Part shown: positions 27,628-38,500 of the stretch, one piece after another | Position numbering within the stretch: the stretch's first letter is position 1 | How the letters are laid out: each line of letters starts with the position of its first letter | Source of the DNA: Macrostomum lignano | Lineage: Eukaryota | Direction: 5' to 3' | Assembly (NCBI GenBank): GCA_002269645.1 | Contig: NIVC01000877.1 | Coordinates: 1 to 64,000 of the forward strand | DNA: 64,000 bases | Made by a program: the position numbers and the translations under genes | Notes under the pieces: model-generated | What the model was told of the DNA's origin: nothing | Database searches by the model: none | The model's input: the letters and a program-made list of their open reading frames with translations, nothing else

Positions 27628-28751
27628 TTAATCCTAGCTGATAAGAAATCCGAGCAGATGAGCTGAGAACTGATACAATTTGCTGTGCAATTTTCATCCT
27701 TTAACAGAAAAGTGCAGCCTGTTAAGCACAACTGGTAGTCGGGGCACAGAGCGGAGGTCACATGACATGAGCTGGTCTTCTTTTGATGACGTCATAAATT
27801 TACGAGTAGCTGAAGCGGAGTCCTCTGCTCCGCTGACGTTTTTGCCTGTTTAAGTGAACAATTCCGACTAACATGGTTGAAAGCTTTTTCTTGTACGAGA
27901 CAGTAAACTGAAAATTGATGAATCTCAAACAAAAATCTTGTTAAAACAGTTATAAAATCGCTACAAAACAGGTGCTTACGTCTAACTTGAAGAAACTGAA
28001 GATTTTTCGTATCGCGGCTGCTCTCTCAGTGTGATGGAGAGAGCACAGGTAAAAAAACAGCTAAAGCAATAAAAGAAGCAGTTAACCTATGATAAACAGA
28101 TTCCACTCAAAGTGCTACACAAAGCTAAAAGAATCAAAGTTTCTTGCAGACTTTTGTCTGAATTTTCACGTCTACTAAAAGACAAAGCCAAGATTTCTAA
28201 GGCAGATTCATTTACTCAGCCGTCAGCACGGATCCTACATGTAAATTACGAGACACACAGGAGCTGCTGCTAATGCTGGTGCTCGATCGCGCAGCAGAAG
28301 CTGCAGTCTATGGTCTTGACCCTAAGGTTTTCACGCTACGGCCAGGCGGCTGTAGAGTGGCCCATCCAGGCAATATGGAATCTCGTGGTCGCCAGTGTGT
28401 GGCCAGGGAACTTTTGTCTATGGTCGAACTTTTGCAGGGGCAAATTGAAATCAGGCCACGTCGTTTCATTTCGGCTTGCTAATTTCGACTACATTCCTTT
28501 GGCCCTCGAAATGTAAGGAACAATATGGATATGTCTATGGTTAAGAGGGCCGAAATAGCATGAATACGAGGGCTGCTGCAGAACATGCTCGAAACCATAG
28601 ACATATCTTGCTATTGTGGGTCACTGCATGACTATGGCGGAAGGCAACCTCATCGCTATTATCTAGATTTGTATCAGCCAGGAATAGAGCTCTGGTGTGA
28701 TTTACTCGCACGATCTAGGTTGGTCTGGTCTTGCAACCCACGGTCTTACAA

Positions 28752-29233
28752 GTCAAAGGCTTCCGCAATCAAAGGCTTCAGCAGTCAAAGGCTTCAGCAA
28801 TCAAAGGCTTCAGCAGTCAAAGGCTTCAGCAATCAAAGGCTTCAGCAACCAAAGGCTTCAGCAACCAAAGGCTTCAGCAATCAAAGGCTTCAGCAACCAA
28901 AGGCTTCAGCAATCAAAGTCTTCAGCAATCAAAGACTTCAGCAATCAAAGGCTTCAGCAATCAAAGGCTTCAGCAACCAAAGGCTTCAGCAATCAAAGGC
29001 TTCAGCAATCAAAGGCTTCAGCAATCAAAGGCTTCAGCAATCAAAGTCTTCAGCAATCAAAGACTTCAGCAATCAAAGGCTTCAGCAATCAAAGGCTTCA
29101 GCAACCAAAGGCTTCAGCAACCAAAGGCTTCAGCAATCAAAGGCTTCAGCAACCAAAGGCTTCAGCAACCAAAGGCTTCAGCAATCAAAGGCTTCAGCAA
29201 TCAAAGGCTTCAGCAATCAAAGGCTTCAGCAAC
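28752..29233. repeat. 16-bp minisatellite (AAAGGCTTCAGCAATC)
   Basis: About 30 copies. Confidence 0.96.
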
Positions 29234-29252
29234 CACGAGTCCTTGTTCTGAA

Positions 29253-30095
29253 TCAGGCCGTCCCTGACACTCGAACGGCGAATTCTCCAGCCACGGCCTT
29301 CAGCTCGTGCGGCACAACGGGGAATCTCAGCAGGTGGCAGGCGTCCAGGTGGAGCAGCACGGCCTGGCAGCGAATCAGACACTCGTTCAGGCCCTGCACG
29401 GGCTTCACGGTGCGGTAGAAGGGCCCGCTGGAGGAGGTCACGTTCAGGTAGACTCGATCGGCAAAAGTGAAGTACTTGCTACACTGGAAAGACAAATGAG
29501 AGTTCACAGCAGTTCTGGTGAGACTGACTGAGTGAGCAGTTACAATTCAGTAAATTTTGTACTGTACCAGCATGTGTGATTTATCCTGATTTACCACAGT
29601 TTAAATCGGCCTTGAGGATTGCACCTTCTCAAACATGTACGCTGAGTGTACTTTTCATGCCAAATTAATGAATATTGTTTTAGAACAATTTCACTCACCT
29701 GGACGAAGGTAGACCTGCCGGTACACGGAGTTTCTCCAATCTGATCCCCAGACTTGAGCAGAGTTGCCGCCGCAGTTCCTGTTGCAGTCGCTGTCGGCAG
29801 CCTGGCCGAGGGAGCCATACGAGTTTGCACAGAAGCATTCCACTGAAATCTGAATGCCAAAGTACTCAAAGTTTCCATAGGCGCAGATCTCGCTGCACAG
29901 TTTCAGAGTCATGTTGTCGAGGCTGACAAATGACCCGGACACCGAGTACGGCCCGATGGTTGACCTGCCTTCGAGTCCTGTGAGGTCTCGAGTTGGGCCG
30001 TCCACGAAGCAGCCCACCGGGCCGAATTCGGCGCCCAGCGAGCAGTCGAAAGCGACGCAGCAGCAGAGAAGCGGCAGAATTGATGAGTCCTGCAT
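29253..30095 (-). CDS. Secreted WSC-domain protein, probably with a degenerate PAN/apple-like C-terminal module
   Basis: Exon 1 30095-29699: signal peptide MQDSSILPLLCCCVAFDCSLGA, then GCFVD...MTLKLCSEICA...YFGIQ...ECFC...SDCNRNCGGN...RNSVY (WSC pattern), donor G|GTGAGT. A downstream high-GC3 exon ends at stop 29253 (ECLIRCQAVLLHLDACHLLRF); its acceptor is uncertain. Confidence 0.75.
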
Positions 30096-31696
30096 TGTCA
30101 GCGGCTGGCTCGTGGCTTTTGTCTCTTGCTTGGGCTGTCGGCTTATGGATTTTCCCAAATCATCAGTTGGGGTGACGGGCGTGGCAACGGCGATGCTTAG
30201 TAAAATTTATTTGTCGTTTTTCGCTAAAATATTGCGTTGTTAAAGCGACAGTGCAAACTGTTTACTGGGGGCGGCTTGCAGACTCTGCGCTGCATCACTG
30301 CTCCCACATCACGCGACACATCCCAGTGTGGCGTTCGGATTATTTTAAGGCAGTTTTGCATGATTTCTCAACCCAATGCAGGCAGGCACGCTGTCGATTC
30401 TCAGCCTTTTTTCGGTCACGATCGAAAAAATCTATGGATTGAATATGAAAAATGATTTGCATTTGCATTATTCTCATAAATTAAAGCAAATTTTTTTAAT
30501 CTCTCAAGGCCTATTGTAGCAAATTAGATTTCATTTTCAAATCGCGTCTCATCTCGACTGATTTGTTCGGTACCAGTTTTGCACCTGTTTGCTTGAGTCA
30601 CTTTTCTGCATGTACCTCAGTCAGGAGCTTCACAGAAACTTTGTGGGCCTGTTTGGTGCATAAGCCACTTACAGTTGGCGAAAAACAGAGAAAAGAAGAC
30701 AAAAATTATCGAATTCACTGTCAAGCAAATGGAGCTGAAGATTATGCAAAAGTTACTATAATTACAAAAATTCTAAATCTCTTTCTGGTGTCCATAGTCA
30801 TGGTTTCGTCTGTTGAAGGTGTCGGCGGTTTTGGGGTGATGACGGAACGCTTGAGAGACTGGCTGAGGATGTCCAGCAGTTGAGGCTTGCTTAGCGAAAC
30901 TAGTGATATTTGCATCAGGGTGTCCATCGTCACCTGCTGCCACCTGTTGCAGGTCCAGAAGCTCGGAGCTGATGCAGACGCATGTGGTCGACGTGCTGAT
31001 GAAATTTGGAGGCTGGGCAAGGCTGCACTGAGGCGCAGGGCTGATTGGCACACAGGGGTGTAGTGAATAGAAATGGGAAAAATCCGACCTTCTGGCAGAA
31101 CCGTCGAATAGCTAGGGCTGGCGACTTGATTCTTGTTTGAAAAGGGTTGTCTACCGGGCCCATAAATCTGATGAATTAGTCTCGCACCCATGGCCAATTT
31201 TGGTTCAGAGAATGTGAAAAAGCAGGCGATCAAACTCAGATTCTTAAAAAGAAGTTTTCATTTAATATTGAAGATGTATGCAGTATTTCAAGTCAGTGCT
31301 CGTCAATACTGCAAATTGGCTCGTCAAATTGGTATATTTATAACAAAATAAATAAATAACGAGGTTTTGAAGCAAAAAATGCACTAAATTCGAGCCAAAT
31401 AAAAGTCTATTTCTATTTTATTTCTATTTAGAAATAAAAATAGAGTTTATTTCTATTAAGGTCTTCTTATCGGAACACCTTGTAACCTATTTGAGAGAAT
31501 AGCTTAAAATAGCAATTTTCAAAACGCAGAAATCGATTCCTTGTATTTTGTAAGTAACTTGCATAAAAATATAAATTGATTTTACCGTAGACAATCACTA
31601 AGTAGATTCGAAGACTTGAATAGCTAAAAAATCACGAGTATGTTTCGACGAAAACAATTGCAAACTATTGCCAGCTCAAAGTGAAAAAGTGCAACC

Positions 31697-34600
31697 ATGT
31701 GGACAGCCTGGACTCTCGTCGCCCTGTTGGTGGCTGGCTCAGCCCAGCTCGGTGAGTTCGGGGCCTGCGCGGCCAGGCTGTTATTCACTTTTTTAGCGAG
31801 CCGAAAGCATCACTCGAGGGGTGAAGTGCGCGACTGAGGAAAGAAGCGAAATTGAAGAGCCAACCAGAAGGCAGCGAGGGAGAGAGAAGAAAAGAAGGGG
31901 TGAAATGCGCGACTAAGGAAAGAGGCGAGGCTTAAGAGCCAACCAGAAGGCAGCGAGGGAGAGAGAAGAAAAGAAGGGGTGAAATGCGCGACTAAGGAAA
32001 GAGGCGAGGCTTAAGAGCCAATCAGAAGGCAGCGAGGGAGAGAGAAGAAAAGAAGGGGTGGAATGCGCGACTAAGGAAAGAGGCGAGGCTTAAGAGCCAA
32101 TCAGAAGGCAGCGAGGGAGAGAGAAGAAAAGAAGGGGTGGAATGCGCGACTAAGGAAAGAGGCGAGGCTTAAGAGCCAATCAGAAGGCAGCGAGGGAGAG
32201 AGAAAAAAGAAGGGGTGGAATGCGCGACTAAGGAAAGAGGCGAGGCTTAAGAGCCAATCAGAACGCAGTGAAGGAGAGAGAAGAATTTAATTAGACAGAG
32301 AGGGAGAGAAAACAGAGTAAGCAGACGAGGGCAAATAATAATAGTGCAGATAAACTGAATAGAAGATTAAGATAAGTTGAAATACACCTTCCAAAAATGA
32401 TACACTTTTTATTTTACGAGTTCAAACTGAACTTTGAAATAGAATTATAATTAGAAAGCGAATTAACAAAAAATGGTGTACAAAAGTATTAGAAAAGAAA
32501 TGCAATATGAATATGAATATAAACCTAGGTGTAGAGACTGGGGGACTGCGAGACAGACTGCCGGCTCTGCATGCAGCCACAGATCCAACAATGTCCTTAA
32601 AGACATCACAAACCAATCGGTTAAAATGAAGCATTTCATCTCTAACTCAGGCCAAGCGAACACCAATAACTCCGTGACCCCGGTGACCTGCTATCACGGC
32701 GACCAGACTGACCTGACCGCCAGCTTCCCAAGCGGATCGCCGACTTGCTCGGAAGTCGCGTGGAGAAAGAACGAACACTTCGGCAAAAAGTGAGAGGGAC
32801 AGGAAAAAATATGGTGATGCGCGACAATGGAAAGGGTTGAGGCTTGAAACAAAGGCGCAAGAGGATAGTTAAGAACCCTGGAATGCGCGCTGTGAGGCGA
32901 CTTGACTTTCTATTGCGCTGGGAGGAGAGAGGGACGAAGCGCGACTAAGAAGAGGCGAAGAATTGCTTGTAGAAGATTGCCAAAGAACCTGTGAAGAGAG
33001 AGATTGCTTACAGAATTTAATTGCAGAGAAGAGCAGAGAAGCAGAGAGCAGAATATTGCTTGCAGAAGATTGCTTAGAAGATTAAGATAGCTTGCAATAT
33101 TGCAAATGAATATTGCTTGCAGAAATTGCTTGCAGAAATTGCGATTGCAAAGAATATGTGTAAATATTGCAGAATATTGCTTGCAGAAGAATTGCCTGTA
33201 GAAGATTGCTTGCAGAAGACTGCTTGCATGCAGAGATTGCTTGCAGAAGATTGCACAGAATATTGTTAGAAGATTTCTTGCAAAGATTGCAGAAGAAATT
33301 GCTTGTAGAAGATTGCTTGACCAGACTGCTTGCGCAGAAGAATTGCCCTGTAGCGAAGATTGCTTGCAGAAGACTGCAATAGAATATTGGAACACTTGCA
33401 GAAATTTGCTGAGAGAATATTGCTTGAAGATTGCTTACAGAATATTTTGCATTGCTTGCAGAAGATTGCTTACAGAATATTGCTTGCAAAGATTGCCTGA
33501 TAGCTTAAGATTGCTTGCAGAAGACTGCTTGCAGAAATTTGCTGTGCAGAAGCTGCTTACAGAATATTGCTTGCTTGCAGAAGATTGCTTACAGAATAGC
33601 TTAAGAGAAGAATTGCCTGTAGAAGATTGCTTGCAGAAGACTGCTTACAGAATATTGCTTGCAGAAGATTGCTTACAGAATATTGCTTGCAGAAGATTGC
33701 TTACAGAATATTGCTTGCAGAAGATTGCCTGTAGAAGATTGCTTGCAGAAGACTGCTTGCAGAATATTGCTTGCAGAAGACTGCTTACAGAATATTGCTT
33801 GCAGAAGATTGCTTGCAGAAGATTGCTTGCAGAAGATTGCCTGTAGAAGATTGCTTGCAGAAGACTGCTTACAGAATATTGCTTGCAGAAGATTGCTTGC
33901 AGAAGTATTGCTTGCAGAAGATCGCTGCTTACAAAAACATTACCAGAACCCTACTATCAGTTTTGCAAATCGGTTCATGCCTTATTAACAGTACATGTTG
34001 CCTTTCTAAAATTGTTTCTTTACAGCTGAGTACCAATTGCTCCATGCACGCGGATACTTAAAAACATTGAGCTTTCCACTGTACGATCTTAGAGCATTAA
34101 CCATTGTACTTCAATCTCAATGCACGCAGCACACCAGGTTTTACTGCGGCCGATGCCCGCCTGACTTGAGAGCAGCGGATTGTCGCGAGTGCAGCAGGGA
34201 CCGCTGCAATGCCAACTTCGCCATGGAACTGGTGGCGCTGATGCCCAACTTGAGGCGGTGCTATGTCTCGGTGAAAAAAAACCGCGTCATCTCCCCTACA
34301 CGACTCTTTTGCGCTGGAAACCAGAGCTGCTCAACCAGCAGCAAGCCAGGCCACGTGAGTTGAGCTGTCGCTGTCCTGCTAAATACTGTATCCAAATTCC
34401 GTGGGGGCGTAGCCTAGTGGCCTGACGCGGCGCTCTGATGTGCTGTGGTCCAGGCTCGAATCCAAGTGCCATCACATTAATTTGGGGCTAAATTGGAATC
34501 ACGTACTGGTGGCCCAAACCCTAAATCACAGTGACGCTGTACACTCCTGCGCGCCTGTGTGCCTGCTTAGGGAAGTCGGCGGAATGGGAAGTAATGCCTC

Positions 34601-34952
34601 TCGCTGGTTATAAGACAATGTCGCTTAAAGTGCGCCATGTCTCTAACTAAATGAATGGAGATTCCTGGATTTGCGGCGGTGACAGACTGACTCGCCCGTC
34701 CGCGCCCCCGAATTCCAGTCCATCCTGGTTGGCTGCGAGTCGCACTGCGGCATGTTCAGCTGGGAAAACTGCGAGTTCTGCCACACCGACCTGTGCAACA
34801 TTGGCGGGGAAACCTTCAATAATGAGAAAGTCCGAACAGTGCTCAGCGATCAGACAGTTTCTGTGAGCAGTCCCAGGGCCGGGCCAGCAGCTCTGGTTGC
34901 GGCTCTCGCCGCGGCAGCCCCGCTGCTGGCTGTGAGACTGCTCAGACTTTGA
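31697..34952 (+). CDS. GPI-anchored protein with two Ly6/uPAR-like (three-finger-type) cysteine modules
   Basis: Exons 31697-31751 (signal peptide MWTAWTLVALLVAGSAQL), 32651-32789, 34138-34354, 34686-34952; phases 1,2,0 are all compatible. Both modules start with CY and end in C-x2-C-x4-CN (CRECSRDRCN, CEFCHTDLCN). Hydrophobic C-terminal GPI-like signal. Confidence 0.78.
31820..32285. repeat. 79-bp purine-rich tandem repeat (about 6 copies) in Ly6-like gene intron 1
   Basis: Period 79 (AGAGCC at 31935, 32014, 32093); four units carry AGCCAATCAG. Confidence 0.93.
32960..33925. repeat. Degenerate ~14-bp minisatellite (GAAGATTGCTTGCA / GAATATTGCTTACA)
   Basis: Intron 2 of the Ly6-like gene; progressively more homogeneous toward the 3' side. 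Confidence 0.92.
34403..34637 (+). mobile_element. tRNA-derived SINE, copy 2 (internally shorter)
   Basis: Head GGGGGCGTAGCCTAGTGG...CCAGGCTCGAATCC with A and B boxes; shares GCTGTACACTCCTG and the 3' end with 16645-16976; lies in intron 3 of the Ly6-like gene. Confidence 0.8.
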
Positions 34953-35545
34953 CAGTAGCTCAGAACTGATCGACTCAACTTGATATGCATTTTTATTTTT
35001 GCCTAGACTTACATTTTAAATGCTAATTAAGTCAGCTGGAAATAAACGCTAACATTTTATTGTGTTTAGCGCAGGCTAAAGTACGCAAAATCTAGGAATA
35101 CACCTGTTGCGGAAGAGTTTTTTCTACCGGTCAAATTTGAATTGAAACAATTCTAGAACTTATCGGTGCCCCCCCTACTCAACATCTCCGTAAACAGAAA
35201 GTCTTAGTTAAGTGAAAGACTTAGTTAAGAAATTCTCAGTTCTGTCGCTGGGGTGAACAGCAGTACATACCTGGTTGGGTCGCTCCGTTAGCATTATTTA
35301 ACTTTCTTCCAACTAGTTCTATCGGCCCTAATTATTATCTTCTATCTCTCACAACTGCTTTAGACGCTAATAGTACACCATAGGTTATGGAGCATGGACA
35401 TATGGCATTTTATTTCTGTGCATTCATTGGACATTGGCATCACCCATTGCAAATATTTGCTTCTACTCTCTCACCCCACTACTTATTTGGTCAGCCTTTC
35501 CCAGAGCGCACTTGCAAGCGAGTGTCACAATCTGCTAAAGGTAGC

Positions 35546-38500
35546 ATGGGTTTGCTGTGGAGAGCTCTGTCATCTATTGCTGCAGTGTTGATGCAGGCCG
35601 CTGGCTTCGCAGCAGAAGCTCGAAGCCAAGATGTGACCGACAAGGAGATCGTTGAGGGATTGTACACTGAAGAGGAGCAAGTCATCCACCGATACCTTCA
35701 GAATCCGTCGAATGTGGAACGGTTAATAGAAATTAATGGCCTAAGGCTGACAGCCCTGCACCTGGCCTGCGGTCTCGGCAAGCCAACAGCTGTAGAGCTC
35801 TTTATTGCTGCCGGAGCCGACGTTAATATCCAAAGAGTTACTGGGGAGACACCTCTTTATTTCGCAGCGCAGAACGGTCATAGCAAAGTAGTAATGCGTC
35901 TCATCAGAGCACGGGCTTCGGTTGATCTTCAAGAGGTTGTTAGCGGTTCCTCACCTCTCTACATCGCGTCACAGAACGGTCATATTCAAGTTGTTGAACT
36001 ACTACTCAAAGCTCAGGCGGATGCCAATCTCCAAGCAAAGAACGGTGCCTCACCTCTTCTGGTTGCGTCACTGAATGGTCATCAAAACGTCGTGAAGGCA
36101 CTTCTTCAAGCACAAAGCGATGTCGATCATCAAGCTGGCACGGGGGAGTCTCCTCTCTACGCTGCGTCACACGAAGGTCGTCAGCAAATTGTGGACCAAC
36201 TCACCAAAGCTCAGGCCAACTTCGATTTGCGCACGAAAAACGGCTTTTCAGCCATTTACATTGCGTCACAAAAGGGTCATCACAGCGTTGTGGATTCGCT
36301 TATCAAAGCCAAAGCTGATGTCAACCTTCGAGCGAATGATGGCTCCTCACCTCTCTACGCCGCCTCATTTATGGGCAATCAGCTCGTTGTGAACTCGCTA
36401 GTCACGGGACTAGTTGAAATAAATTTAAGAACTTTGCAAGGTTGCTCGTCTCTCTACATTGCGTCGGAAAAGGGGTATCATGAAGTCGCTGACTACTTGA
36501 TTCAAGCAGGAGCCGACGTTAATCTCCTACTGGATACTGGCGAGTCACCTCTGCACATTGCGTCACTAAACGGTCACAAAGAAGTCGTTGACTTACTCAT
36601 CAAAGCACAAGCCAATGTCGATCTTCAAGAAAAAACCAATGGCTGCTCACCCATTTATTTGGCTTCGCAAGAGGGTCATCAACAGATCGTAGACTCGCTC
36701 ATTAAAGCTCAGGCCGACGTCAATCTTTCAATTAAAGCTGGCGTGTCACCTCTCTACACCGCATCACAAAACAGTCATCATGAAGTTGTGGAATTGCTCA
36801 TTCGAGCACAAGCCGATGTCGACCTTCAAGATACAGTTCACATCTCTTCACCTCTTTGGTTGCGTCACAAAACAATCGCTTGAAAGTCGTAAGACTGCTC
36901 ATTGAGGCCCAGGCCGCAGTAGATACCCAGATAAAAAACGGCTGCTCACCTCTGTCGATTGCCGCAATGAATGGAAATCTATTTTTGGCGGGCTTGCTCG
37001 TCAAAGCGCAGGCCAACGTCAATATTCAAGCAAAAACTGGCGAGACACCGCTTATTCTTGCATCAAAAATGGAAATAAGAGGGTTGTGGAATCACTGGTC
37101 AGGGCACAAGCTGACATCAATCTCAAAGACAACAATGGCAGCTCGCCTCTCTACGTTGCGTCCATCAATGGTATGCATCACGTCGTGGACTCGTTAGCCT
37201 ATGCACAAGCTGACGTCAATCTTCAGGCAGACAACGGCTGCACACCTCTTATTGCCGCATCGCAGAACGGCAACCAGAGAGTCGTTGATATACTTGTAAA
37301 GGCTCGAGCGGATGTCAATCTTCAAGAAGCGCACGGATGCTCAGCGGCTTACATCGCATCCCAGAACGGTCATACAGACGTAGTGAAGTCGCTCGTAAAA
37401 GCACAAGCCGATGTCAATATTCAAGCAAGTACCGGCTCTTTACCTCTCTACATTGCGGCTCAGAAAGGTCATGGAAAAGTCGTTGACTTACTCATTGCCT
37501 CAGGCGCTGATGTGGACCTCCAAGAAATCGATGGTTGCTCAGCAATTTATGCAGCGACAGCCAACCGCCATCAACAAGTCACGATATCCCTCATTAGAGC
37601 ACAAGCTGATGTCAATCTTAAAGACAAAAATGGTACACCGCCCCTCCTTATTGCAGCGGATAAATGTTTTCCCCAGTTAATGAGACAACTAATCAAGGCA
37701 CGAGCTGATGTCAATATTAAACATAAAACTTGTTTCTCGCCCCTCTACATTGCGTCACAGAAAGGTCATCATGAAATTCTGGACTTGCTCATCGACGCAG
37801 ATGTTGATGTCAATCTTCAACTCACTGCTGGCGTGATACCCCTTTGTGTGGCTGCACTAAACGGTCATCAGAAAATAGTGGATTCTCTCATTAAAGCACA
37901 CGCTGACGTCAATCTTCAGCACAGGTCCGGCGAAACTGCTGTTTACTTTGCCTCGGGGGAAGGTCATTATCAAGTCGTGAACTCCCTCATCGAAGCAAAA
38001 GCCGACGTCGAGCTACAGTTAAAAGATGGCTGCTCACCTCTCATAATCGCGTCACAGAACGGTCATCAGCAGGTAGTGGACTCGCTAATAAAGGCACAAG
38101 TTGATGTCAATCATCAAAAGCACTCGGGATCCTCAGCTCTCTACATTGCATCACAGAATGGTCACGAGAAAGTTGTCGACTCGCTCATCAAGGCACACGC
38201 CGATGTCAACATCCAGACAGATGATGGCTGTACATCTCTAACAATAGCGTCTCAAGGAGGTCATCGGGGAGTTGTTGAAGTACTTATTAAAGCGCAAGCT
38301 GACGTCAATCTTCCACTCAAAACTGGCGAGTCACCTGTCTATATGGCGTCACAAAATGGACACTACGAAGTCGTTAAATCCCTAATAAAGGCAAACGCCG
38401 ACGTCAATCTTCAGACGAACAGCGGCTCCTCTCCTCTGAGCATGGCCACGCAGTTCGGTCATCAGCAAGTGATACGACTGCTCAAAAAGTCGATAAATAG

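Noticed and set aside
26193-27761. Cys/His-rich 522-aa and related ORFs (CGVHDCRWMSR repeats) resembling a metal-binding protein
   Set aside because: 33-bp minisatellite open on both strands in several frames.
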